This document shows positions 1-14,700 of a stretch of 64,000 bases of DNA, piece by piece. The translations under genes were made by a program, and so were the position numbers. Position 1 is the stretch's first letter. Every line of letters begins with the position of its first letter. The notes below the pieces were generated by a model that was not told the origin of the DNA, did not search any database, and worked only from the letters and a program-made list of their open reading frames with translations. This DNA comes from Centroscyllium fabricii (Eukaryota): assembly GCA_051313645.2 (NCBI GenBank), contig JBNRSN020000180.1:1302001-1366000 (forward strand), given 5' to 3'.

Positions 1-3000
1 CGGGTCATAATACAGGAGATGGTCAGTGATATACACCCCAGGGAATGGACTGAACCGGATCATAATACAGGAGATGGTCAGTGATATAAACCCCAAAGAA
101 TGGACTGAACCGGGTCATAATACAGGAGATGGTCAGTAATAAACCCCAGGGAATGGGCTGAACTGGGTCATAATACAGGAGATGGTCAGTGATATAAACC
201 CCAGGGAATGGGCTGAACCGGGTCATAATACAGGGGATGGTCAGTGATATAAACCCAGGGAATGGGCTGAACTGGGTCATAATACAGGGGATGGTCACTG
301 ATATAAACCCTGGGAATGGGCTGAACCGGGTCATAATACAGGAGATGGTCAGTGATATAAACCCAGGGAATGGGCTGAACCGGGTCATAATACAGGAGAT
401 GGTCGGGGATATAAACCCCAAAGAATGGACTGAACCGGGTCATAATACAGGAGATGGTCAGTAATAAACCCCAGGGAATGGGCTGAACTGGGTCATAATA
501 CAGGAGATGGTCAGTGATATAAACCCCAGGGAATGGGCTGAACCGGGTCATAATACAGGGGATGGTCAGTGATATAAACCCAGGGAATGGGCTGAACTGG
601 GTCATAATACAGGGGATGGTCACTGATATAAACCCTGGGAATGGGCTGAACCGGGTCATAATACAGGAGATGGTCAGTGATATAAACCCAGGGAATGGGC
701 TGAACCGGGTCATAATACAGGAGATGGTCGGGGATATAAACCCGGGAATGGGCTGAACTGGGTCATAATACAGGAGATGGTCAGTGATATAAACCCAGGG
801 AATGGGCTGAACCGAGTTATAATACAGGAGATGGTCAGTGATATAAACCCAGGCAATGGGCTGAACCGGATCATAATACAGGGGATGGTCAGTGGTATAA
901 ACCTTAGGGAATGAACTGAACCGGGTCATAATACAGGAGATGGTCAGTGATATAAACCCGAGGGAATGGGCTGAACTGGGTCACAATACAGGGGATGGTC
1001 AGTGGTATAAACCTTAGGGAATGAACTGAACCGGGTCATAATACAGGAGATGGTCAGTGAAATAAACCCAGGGAATGGGCTGAACCGGGTCATAATACAG
1101 GGGATGGTCAGTGATATAAACCCAGGGAATGGGCTGATCCGGGTCATAATACAGGGGATGGTCAGTGATATAAACCCAGGGAATGGGCTGAACCGGGTCA
1201 TAATACAGGAGATGGTCAGTGATATAAACCCAGGGAATGGGCTGAACCAGGTCATAATACAGGAGATGGTCAGTGATATAAACCCAGGGAATGGACCGAC
1301 CTGGGTCATAATACTGGAGATGGGCAGTGATATAAACCCCAGGGAATGGGCTGATCTGGGTCATAATACAGGAGATGGTCAGTGATATAAACCCCAGGGA
1401 ATGGGCTGATCCGGGTCATAATACAGGAGATGGTCAGTGATATAAACCCCAGGGAATGGACTGAACCGGGTCATAATACAGTGAATGGTCAGTGATATAA
1501 ACCCCAGGGAATGGACTGAACCGCATCATAATACAGGGGATGGTCAGTGATATAAACCCCAGGGAATGGACTGAACTGGGTCATAATACAGGAGATGGTC
1601 AGTGATATAAACCCCAGGGAATGGACTGAACCGGGTCATAATACAGGAGATGGTCAGTGATATAAACCCAGGGAATAGGCTGAACCGGATCATAATACAG
1701 GGAATGGTCAGTGATATAAACCCCAGGGAATGGACTGAACCGGGTCATAATACAGTGAATGGTCAGTGATATAAACCCCAGGGAATGGGCTGAACCGGGT
1801 CATAATACAGGGGATGGTCAGTGATATAAACCCAGGGAATGGACTGAAGTGGGTCATAATACAGGAGATGGTCAGTGATATAAACCCAGGGAATGGACTG
1901 AACTGGGTCATAATGCAGGAGATGGTCAGTGATATAAACCCAGGGAATGGGCTGAACTGGGTCATAATACAGGGGATGGTCAGTGATATAAACCCCAGGG
2001 AATGGACTGAACTGGGTCATAATACAGGAGATGGTCAGTGATATAAACCCCAGGGAATGGACTGAACCGGATCATAATACAGGAGATGGTCAGTGATATA
2101 AACCCCAGGGAATGGACTGAACCGGGTCATAATACAGGAGATGGTCAGTAATAAACCCCAGGGAATGGGCTGAACCGGGTCATAATACAGGAGATGGTCA
2201 GTGATATAAACCCCAGTTAATGGGCTGAACCGGATCATAATACAGGAGATGGTCAGTGATATAAACCCCAGGGAATGGGCTGAACCGGATCATAATACAG
2301 GAGATGGTCAGTGAAAAAAACCCAGGGAATGGACTGAACCGGGTCATAATACAGGAGATGGTCAGTGATATAAACCCAGGGAATGGGCTGAACCGGGTCA
2401 TAATACAGGAGATGGTCGGGGATATAAACCCGGGAATGGGCTGAACCGGGTCATAATACAGGAGATGGTCAGTGATATAAATCCAGGGAATGGGCTGAAC
2501 CGGGTCATAATACAGGAGATGTTCAGTGATATAAACCCCAGGGAATGGGCTGAACTGTGTCATAATACAGGGGATGGTCAGTGATATAAACCCAGGGAAT
2601 GGGCTGAACCGGGTCATAATACAGGAGATGGTCAGTGATATAAATCCAGGGAATGGGCTGAACCGGGTCATAATACAGGAGATGGTCAGTGATATAAACC
2701 CAGGGAATGGACTGAACCGGGTCATAATAGAGGGGATGGTCAGTGATATAAACCCCAGGGAATGGGGTGAACCGGATCATAATACAGGGGATGGTCAGTG
2801 ATATAAACCCAGGAAATGGGCTGAACCGGGTCATAATACAGGAGATGTTCAGTGATATAAACCCCAGGGAATGGGCTGAACCGGGTCATAATACAGGAGA
2901 TGGTCAGTGATATACACCCCAGGGAATGGACTGAACCGGATCATAATACAGGAGATGGTCAGTGATATAAACCCCAAAGAATGGACTGAACCGGGTCATA

Positions 3001-6000
3001 ATACAGGAGATGGTCAGTAATAAACCCCAGGGAATGGGCTGAACTGGGTCATAATACAGGAGATGGTCAGTGATATAAACCCCAGGGAATGGGCTGAACC
3101 GGGTCATAATACAGGGGATGGTCAGTGATATAAACCCAGGGAATGGGCTGAACTGGGTCATAATACAGGGGATGGTCACTGATATAAACCCTGGGAATGG
3201 GCTGAACCGGGTCATAATACAGGAGATGGTCAGTGATATAAACCCAGGGAATGGGCTGAACCGGGTCATAATACAGGAGATGGTCGGGGATATAAACCCG
3301 GGAATGGGCTGAACTGGGTCATAATACAGGAGATGGTCAGTGATATAAACCCAGGGAATGGGCTGAACCGAGTTATAATACAGGAGATGGTCAGTGATAT
3401 AAACCCAGGCAATGGGCTGAACCGGATCATAATACAGGGGATGGTCAGTGGTATAAACCTTAGGGAATGAACTGAACCGGGTCATAATACAGGAGATGGT
3501 CAGTGATATAAACCCGAGGGAATGGGCTGAACTGGGTCACAATACAGGGGATGGTCAGTGGTATAAACCTTAGGGAATGAACTGAACCGGGTCATAATAC
3601 AGGAGATGGTCAGTGAAATAAACCCAGGGAATGGGCTGAACCGGGTCATAATACAGGGGATGGTCAGTGATATAAACCCAGGGAATGGGCTGATCCGGGT
3701 CATAATACAGGGGATGGTCAGTGATATAAACCCAGGGAATGGGCTGAACCGGGTCATAATACAGGAGATGGTCAGTGATATAAACCCAGGGAATGGGCTG
3801 AACCAGGTCATAATACAGGAGATGGTCAGTGATATAAACCCAGGGAATGGACCGACCTGGGTCATAATACTGGAGATGGGCAGTGATATAAACCCCAGGG
3901 AATGGGCTGATCTGGGTCATAATACAGGAGATGGTCAGTGATATAAACCCCAGGGAATGGGCTGATCCGGGTCATAATACAGGAGATGGTCAGTGATATA
4001 AACCCCAGGGAATGGACTGAACCGGGTCATAATACAGTGAATGGTCAGTGATATAAACCCCAGGGAATGGACTGAACCGCATCATAATACAGGGGATGGT
4101 CAGTGATATAAACCCCAGGGAATGGACTGAACTGGGTCATAATACAGGAGATGGTCAGTGATATAAACCCCAGGGAATGGACTGAACCGGGTCATAATAC
4201 AGGAGATGGTCAGTGATATAAACCCAGGGAATAGGCTGAACCGGATCATAATACAGGGAATGGTCAGTGATATAAACCCCAGGGAATGGACTGAACCGGG
4301 TCATAATACAGTGAATGGTCAGTGATATAAACCCCAGGGAATGGGCTGAACCGGGTCATAATACAGGGGATGGTCAGTGATATAAACCCAGGGAATGGAC
4401 TGAAGTGGGTCATAATACAGGAGATGGTCAGTGATATAAACCCAGGGAATGGACTGAACTGGGTCATAATGCAGGAGATGGTCAGTGATATAAACCCAGG
4501 GAATGGGCTGAACTGGGTCATAATACAGGGGATGGTCAGTGATATAAACCCCAGGGAATGGACTGAACTGGGTCATAATACAGGAGATGGTCAGTGATAT
4601 AAACCCCAGGGAATGGACTGAACCGGATCATAATACAGGAGATGGTCAGTGATATAAACCCCAGGGAATGGACTGAACCGGGTCATAATACAGGAGATGG
4701 TCAGTAATAAACCCCAGGGAATGGGCTGAACCGGGTCATAATACAGGAGATGGTCAGTGATATAAACCCCAGTTAATGGGCTGAACCGGATCATAATACA
4801 GGAGATGGTCAGTGATATAAACCCCAGGGAATGGGCTGAACCGGATCATAATACAGGAGATGGTCAGTGAAAAAAACCCAGGGAATGGACTGAACCGGGT
4901 CATAATACAGGAGATGGTCAGTGATATAAACCCAGGGCATGGGCTGAACCGGGTCATAATACAGGAGATGGTCAGTGATATAAATCCAGGGAATGGGCTG
5001 AACCGGGTCATAATACAGGGGATGGTCAGTGATATAAACCCAGGGAATGGGCTGAAGTGGGCCATAATACAGGAGATGGTCAGTGATATAAACCCCAGGG
5101 AATGGGTGAACTGGGTCATAATACAGGAGATGGTCAGTGATATAAACCCCAGGGAATGGGCTGAACCGGGTCATAATACAGGAGATGGTCAGTGATATAA
5201 ACCCAGGGAATGGGCTGAACCGGGTCATAATACAGGAGATGGTCAGTGATATAAACCCAGGGAATGGGCTGAACCGGGTCATAATACAGGAGATGGTCAG
5301 TGATATAAACCCCAGGGAATGGACTGAACCGGGTCATAATACAGGAGATGGTCAGTGATATAAACCCCAGGGAATGGACTGAACTGGATCATAATACAGG
5401 AGATGGTCAGTGATATAAACCCCAGGGAATGGACTGAACCGGGTCATAATACAGGAGATGGTCAGTAATAAACCCCAGGGAATGGGCTGAACCGGGTCAT
5501 AATACAGGAGATGGTCAGTGATATAAACCCCAGGGAATGGACTGAACCGGATCATAATACAGGAGATGGTCAGTGATATAAACCCCAGGGAATGGACTGA
5601 ACCGGGTCATAATACAGGAGATGGTCAGTAATAAACCCCAGGGAATGTGCTGAACCGGGTCATAATACAGGAGATGGTCAGTGATATAAACCCCAGGGAA
5701 TGGGCTGAACCGGATCATAATGCAGGAGATGGTCAGTGATATAAACCCCAGGGAATGGGCTGAACCGGATCATAATACAAGAGATGGTCAGTGATATAAA
5801 CCCAGGGAATGGACTGAACCGGGTCATAATACAGGAGATGGTCAGTGATATAAACCCAGGGCATGGGCTGAACCGGGTCATAATATAGGAGATGGTCAGT
5901 GATATAAATCCAGGGAATGGGCTGAACCGGGTCATAATACAGGAGATGGTCAGTGATATAAACCCAGGGAATGGGCTGAAGTGGGTCATAATACATGAGA

Positions 6001-9000
6001 TGTTCAGTGATATAAACCCAGGGAATGGTCTGAACTGGGTCATAATGCAGGAGATGGTCAGTGATACAAACCCAGGGAATGGGCTGAACTGGGTCTTAAT
6101 ACAGGGGATGGTCAGTGATATAAACCCCAGGGAATGGGCTGAACCGGGTCATAATACAGGAGATGGTCAGTGATATAAACCCAGGGAATGGGCTGAACTG
6201 GGTCATAATACAGGGGATGGTCACTGATATAAACCCCAGGGAATGGGCTGAACCGGGTCATAATACAGGAGATGGTCAGTGATATAAACCCCAGGCAATG
6301 GACTGAACTGGGTCATAATACAGGAGATGGTCAGTGATATAAACCCCAGGGAATGGGCTGAACCGGGTCATAATACAGGGGATGGTCAGTGATATAAACC
6401 CAGGGAATGGGCTGAACTGGGTCATAATACAGGGGATGGTCACTGATATAAACCCAGGGAATGGGCTGAACCGGGTCATAATACAGGAGATGGTCAGTGA
6501 TATAAACCCAGGGAATGGGCTGAACCGGGTCATAATACAGGAGATGGTCAGTGATATAAATCCAGGGAATTGGCTGAACCGGGTCATAATACAGGAGATG
6601 GTCAGTGATATAAACCCAGGAAATGGGCTGAACCGGGTCATAATACAGGAGATGTTCAGTGATATAAACCCCAGGGAATGGGCTGAACCGGGTCATAATA
6701 CAGGAGATGGTCAGTGATATAAACCCCAGGGAATGGACTGAACCGGATCATAATACAGGAGATGGTCAGTGATATAAACCCCAGGGAATGGACTGAACCG
6801 GGTCATAATACAGGAGATGGTCAGTAATAAACCCCAGGGAATGTGCTGAACCGGGTCATAATACAGGAGATGGTCAGTGATATAAACCCCAGGCAATGGA
6901 CTGAACTGGGTCATAATACAGGAGATGGTCAGTGATATAAACCCCAGGGAATGGGCTGAACCGGGTCATAATACAGGGGATGGTCAGTGATATAAACCCA
7001 GGGAATGGGCTGAACTGGGTCATAATACAGCTGATGGTCACTGATATAAACCCAGGGAATGGGCTGAACCGGGTCGTAATACAGGAGATGGTCAGTGATA
7101 TAAACCCAGGAAATGGGCTGAACCGGGTCATAATACAGGAGATGTTCAGTGATATAAACCCCAGGGAATGTGCTGAACCGGGTCATAATACAGGAGATGG
7201 TCAGTGATATAAACCCCAGGGAATGGGCTGAACCGGATCATAATGCAGGAGATGGTCAGTGATATAAACCCCAGGGAATGGGCTGAACCGGATCATAATA
7301 CAAGAGATGGTCAGTGATATAAACCCAGGGAATGGACTGAACCGGGTCATAATACAGGAGATGGTCAGTGATATAAACCCAGGGCATGGGCTGAACCGGG
7401 TCATAATATAGGAGATGGTCAGTGATATAAATCCAGGGAATGGGCTGAACCGGGTCATAATACAGGAGATGGTCAGTGATATAAACCCAGGGAATGGGCT
7501 GAAGTGGGTCATAATACAGGAGATGTTCAGTGATATAAACCCAGGGAATGGTCTGAACTGGGTCATAATGCAGGAGATGGTCAGTGATACAAACCCAGGG
7601 AATGGGCTGAACTGGGTCTTAATACAGGGGATGGTCAGTGATATAAACCCCAGGGAATGGGCTGAACCGGGTCATAATACAGGAGATGGTCAGTGATATA
7701 AACCCAGGGAATGGGCTGAACTGGGTCATAATACAGGGGATGGTCACTGATATAAACCCCAGGGAATGGGCTGAACCGGGTCATAATACAGGAGATGGTC
7801 AGTGATATAAACCCCAGGCAATGGACTGAACTGGGTCATAATACAGGAGATGGTCAGTGATATAAACCCCAGGGAATGGGCTGAACCGGGTCATAATACA
7901 GGGGATGGTCAGTGATATAAACCCAGGGAATGGGCTGAACTGGGTCATAATACAGGGGATGGTCACTGATATAAACCCAGGGAATGGGCTGAACCGGGTC
8001 ATAATACAGGAGATGGTCAGTGATATAAACCCAGGGAATGGGCTGAACCGGGTCATAATACAGGAGATGGTCAGTGATATAAATCCAGGGAATTGGCTGA
8101 ACCGGGTCATAATACAGGAGATGGTCAGTGATATAAACCCAGGAAATGGGCTGAACCGGGTCATAATACAGGAGATGTTCAGTGATATAAACCCCAGGGA
8201 ATGGGCTGAACCGGGTCATAATACAGGAGATGGTCAGTGATATAAACCCCAGGGAATGGACTGAACCGGATCATAATACAGGAGATGGTCAGTGATATAA
8301 ACCCCAGGGAATGGACTGAACCGGGTCATAATACAGGAGATGGTCAGTAATAAACCCCAGGGAATGTGCTGAACCGGGTCATAATACAGGAGATGGTCAG
8401 TGATATAAACCCCAGGCAATGGACTGAACTGGGTCATAATACAGGAGATGGTCAGTGATATAAACCCCAGGGAATGGGCTGAACCGGGTCATAATACAGG
8501 GGATGGTCAGTGATATAAACCCAGGGAATGGGCTGAACTGGGTCATAATACAGCTGATGGTCACTGATATAAACCCAGGGAATGGGCTGAACCGGGTCGT
8601 AATACAGGAGATGGTCAGTGATATAAACCCAGGAAATGGGCTGAACCGGGTCATAATACAGGAGATGTTCAGTGATATAAACCCCAGGGAATGGGCTGAA
8701 CCGGGTCATAATACAGGAGATGGTCAGTGATATAAACCCCAGGGAATGGACTGAACCGGATCATAATACAGGAGATGGTCAGTGATATAAACCCCAGGGA
8801 ATGGACTGAACCGGGTCATAATACAGGAGATGGTCAGTAATAAACCCCAGGGAATGGGCTGAACCGGGTCATAATACAGGAGATGGTCAGTGATATAAAC
8901 CCCAGGGAATGGGCTGAACCGGATCATAATACAGGAGATGGTCAGTGATATAAACCCCAGGGAATGGGCTGAACCGGGTCATAATACAGGAGAAGGTCAG

Positions 9001-11700
9001 TGATATAAACCAAGGGAATGGGCTGAACCGGGTCATAATACAGGAGATGGTCAGTGATATAAACCCCAGGGAATGGACTGAACCGGGTCATAATACAGGA
9101 GATGGTCAGTGATATAAACCCCAAGGAATGGACTGAACTGGATCATAATACAGGAGATGGTCAGTGATATAAACCCCAGGGAATGGGCTGAACCGGGTCA
9201 TAATACAGGGGATGGTCAGTGATATAAAGCCCAGGGAATGGGCTGAACTGGGTCATAATACAGGAGATGGTCAGTGATATAAACCCCAGGGAATGGACTG
9301 AACCGGATCATAATACAGGAGATGGTCAGTGATATAAACCCCAGGGAATGGACTGAACCGGGTCATAATACAGGAGATGGTCAGTGATATAAATCCAGGG
9401 AATGGGCTGAACCGGGTCATAATACAGGAGATGGTCAGTGATATAAACCCCAGGGAATGGGCTGAACCGGGTCATAATACAGGAGATGGTCAGTGATATA
9501 AACCCCAGGGAATGGACTGAACCGGATCATAATACAGGAGATGGTCAGTGATATAAACCCCAAAGAATGGACTGAACCGGGTCATAATGCAGGAGATGGT
9601 CAGTGATATAAACCCAGGGAATGGGCTGAACTGGGTCATAATACAGGGGATGGTCAGTGATATAAACCCCAGGGAATGGGCTGAACCGGGTCATAATAAA
9701 GGAGATGGTCAGTGATATAAACCCAGGGAATGGGCTGAACTGGGTCATAATACAGGGGATGGTCAGTGATATCAACCCCAGGGAATGGGCTGAACCGGGT
9801 CATAATACAGGAGATGGTCAGTGATATAAACCCCAGGGAATGGACTGAACTGGGTCATAATACAAGAGATGGTCAGTGATATAAACCCCAGGGAATGGGC
9901 TGAACCGGGTCATAATACAGGGGATGGTCAGTGATATAAACGCAGGGAATGGGCTGAACTGGGTCATAATACAGGGGATGGTCACTGATATAAACCCAGG
10001 GAGTGGGCTCAACCGGGTCATAATACAGGAGATGGTCAGTGATATAAACCCAGGGAATGGGCTGAACCGGGTCATAATACAGGAGATGGTCGGGGATATA
10101 AACCCGGGAATGGGCTGAACCGGGTCATAATACAGGAGATGGTCAGTGATATAAATCCAGGGAATGGGCTGAACCGGGTCATAATACAGGAGATGTTCAG
10201 TGATATAAACCCCAGGGAATGGGCTGAACTGTGTCATAATACAGGGGATGGTCAGTGATATAAACCCAGGGAATGGGCTGAACCGGGTCATAATACAGGA
10301 GATGGTCAGTGATATAAATCCAGGGAATGGGCTGAACCGGGTCATAATACAGGAGATGGTCAGTGATATAAACCCAGGGAATGGACTGAACCGGGTCATA
10401 ATAGAGGGGATGGTCAGTGATATAAACCCCAGGGAATGGGCTGATCCGGATCATAATACAGGGGATGGTCAGTGATATAAACCCAGGAAATGGGCTGAAC
10501 CGGGTCATAATACAGGAGATGTTCAGTGATATAAACCCCAGGGAATGGGCTGAACCGGGTCATAATACAGGAGATGGTCAGTGATATACACCCCAGGGAA
10601 TGGACTGAACCGGATCATAATACAGGAGATGGTCAGTGATATAAACCCCAAAGAATGGACTGAACCGGGTCATAATACAGGAGATGGTCAGTAATAAACC
10701 CCAGGGAATGGGCTGAACCGGGTCATAATACAGGAGATGGTCAGTGATATAAACCCCAGGGAATGGGCTGAACCGGGTCATAATACAGGGGATGGTCAGT
10801 GATATAAACCCAGGGAATGGGCTGAACTGGGTCATAATACAGGGGATGGTCACTGATATAAACCCTGGGAATGGGCTGAACCGGGTCATAATACAGGAGA
10901 TGGTCAGTGATATAAACCCAGGGAATGGGCTGAACCGGGTCATAATACAGGAGATGGTCGGGGATATAAACCCGGGAATGGGCTGAACCGGGTCATAATA
11001 CAGGAGATGGTCAGTGATATAAACCCAGGAAATGGGCTGAACCGGGTCATAATACAGGAGATGTTCAGTGATATAAACCCCAGGGAATGGGCTGAACCGG
11101 GTCATAATACAGGAGATGGTCAGTGATATAAACCCCAGGGAATGGACTGAACCGGATCATAATACAGGAGATGGTCAGTGATATAAACCCCAGGGAATGG
11201 ACTGAACCGGGTCATAATACAGGAGATGGTCAGTAATAAACCCCAGGGAATGGGCTGAACCGGATCATAATACAGGGAATGGTCAGTGATATAAACCCCA
11301 GGGAATGGACTGAACCGGGTCATAATACAGTGAATGGTCAGTGATATAAACCCCAGGGAATGGGCTGAACCGGGTCATAATACAGGGGATGGTCAGTGAT
11401 ATAAACCCAGGGAATGGACTGAAGTGGGTCATAATACAGGAGATGGTCAGTGATATAAACCCAGGGAATGGACTGAACTGGGTCATAATGCAGGAGATGG
11501 TCAGTGATATAAACCCCAGGGAATGGACTGAACTGGGTCATAATACAGGAGATGGTCAGTGATATAAACCCCAGGGAATGGACAGAACCGGATCATAATA
11601 CAGGAGATGGTCAGTGATATAAACCCCAGGGAATGGACAGAACCGGGTCATAATACAGGAGATGGTCAGTAATAAACCCCAGGGAATGGGCTGAACCGGG

Positions 11701-11760
11701 GACCAGTTGGGCCGATTGGCCTGTTTCTGTGCTGTACAATCTGTGTGTAATTCTGTGTAA
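11701..11760 (+). mobile_element. Extremely 5'-truncated CR1-type LINE/SINE 3' tail (~60 bp) inserted in satellite A
   Basis: Non-satellite sequence with GGGCCGATTGGCCT stem-loop, similar to GGGCCAAATGGCCT in the CR1 3'UTR at ~49620, followed by GTTTCTGTGCTGTA and a short repeated tail TCTGTGTGTAAT/TCTGTGTAAT. It replaces TCA of the monomer. Confidence 0.8.
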
Positions 11761-14700
11761 TAATACAGGAGATGGTCAGTGATATAAACCCCAGGGAATG
11801 GGCTGAACCGGGTCATAATACAGGAGATGGTCAGTGATATAAACCCAGGGAATGGGCTGAACCGGGTCATAATACAGGAGATGGTCAGTGATATAAACCC
11901 AGGGAATGGGCTGAACCGGGTCATAATACAGGAGATGGTCAGTGATATAAACCCCAGGGAATGGACTGAACCGGGTCATAATACAGGAGATGGTCAGTGA
12001 TATAAACCCCAGGGAATGGGCTGAACCGGGTCATAATACAGGAGATGGTCAGTGATATAAACCCCAGGCAATGGACTGAACTGGGTCATAATACAGGAGA
12101 TGGTCAGTGATATAAACCCCAGGGAATGGGCTGAACCGGGTCATAATACAGGGGATGGTCAGTGATATAAACCCAGGGAATGGGCTGAACTGGGTCATAA
12201 TACAGGGGATGGTCACTGATATAAACCCAGGGAATGGGCTGAACCGGGTCATAATACAGGAGATGGTCAGTGATATAAACCCAGGGAATGGGCTGAACCG
12301 GGTCATAATACAGGAGATGGTCAGTGATATAAATCCAGGGAATTGGCTGAACCGGGTCATAATACAGGAGATGGTCAGTGATATAAACCCAGGAAATGGG
12401 CTGAACCGGGTCATAATACAGGAGATGTTCAGTGATATAAACCCCAGGGAATGGGCTGAACCGGGTCATAATACAGGAGATGGTCAGTGATATAAACCCC
12501 AGGGAATGGACTGAACCGGATCATAATACAGGAGATGGTCAGTGATATAAACCCCAGGGAATGGACTGAACCGGGTCATAATACAGGAGATGGTCAGTAA
12601 TAAACCCCAGGGAATGTGCTGAACCGGGTCATAATACAGGAGATGGTCAGTGATATAAACCCCAGGCAATGGACTGAACTGGGTCATAATACAGGAGATG
12701 GTCAGTGATATAAACCCCAGGGAATGGGCTGAACCGGGTCATAATGCAGGGGATGGTCAGTGATATAAACCCAGGGAATGGGCTGAACTGGGTCATAATA
12801 CAGGGGATGGTCACTGATATAAACCCAGGGAATGGGCTGAACCGGGTCGTAATACAGGAGATGGTCAGTGATATAAACCCAGGAAATGGGCTGAACCGGG
12901 TCATAATACAGGAGATGTTCAGTGATATAAACCCCAGGGAATGGGCTGAACCGGGTCATAATACAGGAGATGGTCAGTGATATAAACCCCAGGGAATGGA
13001 CTGAACCGGATCATAATACAGGAGATGGTCAGTGATATAAACCCCAGGGAATGGACTGAACCGGGTCATAATACAGGAGATGGTCAGTAATAAACCCCAG
13101 GGAATGGGCTGAACCGGGTCATAATACAGGAGATGGTCAGTGATATAAACCCCAGGGAATGGGCTGAACCGGATCATAATACAGGAGATGGTCAGTGATA
13201 TAAACCCCAGGGAATGGGCTGAACCGGGTCATAATACAGGAGATGGTCAGTGATATAAACCCCAGGGAATGGACTGAACCGGGTCATAATACAGGAGATG
13301 GTCAGTGATATAAACCCCAAGGAATGGACTGAACTGGATCATAATACAGGAGATGGTCAGTGATATAAACCCCAGGGAATTGGCTGAACCGGGTCATAAT
13401 ACAGGGGATGGTCAGTGATATAAACCCCAGGGAATGGGCTGAACTGGGTCATAATACAGGAGATGGTCAGTGATATAAACCCCAGGGAATGGACTGAACC
13501 GGATCATAATACAGGAGATGGTCAGTGATATAAACCCCAGGGAATGGACTGAACCGGGTCATAATACAGGAGATGGTCAGTGATATAAATCCAGGGAATG
13601 GGCTGAACCGGGTCATAATACAGGAGATGGTCAGTGATATAAACCCAGGAAATGGGCTGAACCGGGTCATAATACAGGAGGTGTTCAGTGATATAAACCC
13701 CAGGGAATGGGCTGAACCGGGTCATAATACAGGAGATGGTTAGTGATATAAACCCCAGGGAATGGACTGAACCGGATCATAATACAGGAGATGGTCAGTG
13801 ATATAAACCCCAAAGAATGGACTGAACCGGGTCATAATGCAGGAGATGGTCAGTGATATAAACCCAGGGAATGGGCTGAACTGGGTCATAATACAGGGGA
13901 TGGTCAGTGATATAAACCCCAGGGAATGGGCTGAACCGGGTCATAATAAAGGAGATGGTCAGTGATATAAACCCAGGGAATGGGCTGAACTGGGTCATAA
14001 TACAGGGGATGGTCAGTGATATCAACCCCAGGGAATGGGCTGAACCGGGTCATAATACAGGAGATGGTCAGTGATATAAACCCCAGGGAATGGACTGAAC
14101 TGGGTCATAATACAAGAGATGGTCAGTGATATAAACCCCAGGGAATGGGCTGAACCGGGTCATAATACAGGGGATGGTCAGTGATATAAACGCAGGGAAT
14201 GGGCTGAACTGGGTCATAATACAGGGGATGGTCACTGATATAAACCCAGGGAGTGGGCTCAACCGGGTCATAATACAGGAGATGGTCAGTGATATAAACC
14301 CAGGGAATGGGCTGAACCGGGTCATAATACAGGAGATGGTCGGGGATATAAACCCGGGAATGGGCTGAACCGGGTCATAATACAGGAGATGGTCAGTGAT
14401 ATAAATCCAGGGAATGGGCTGAACCGGGTCATAATACAGGAGATGTTCAGTGATATAAACCCCAGGGAATGGGCTGAACTGTGTCATAATACAGGGGATG
14501 GTCAGTGATATAAACCCAGGGAATGGGCTGAACCGGGTCATAATACAGGAGATGGTCAGTGATATAAATCCAGGGAATGGGCTGAACCGGGTCATAATAC
14601 AGGAGATGGTCAGTGATATAAACCCAGGGAATGGACTGAACCGGGTCATAATAGAGGGGATGGTCAGTGATATAAACCCCAGGGAATGGGCTGAACCGGA

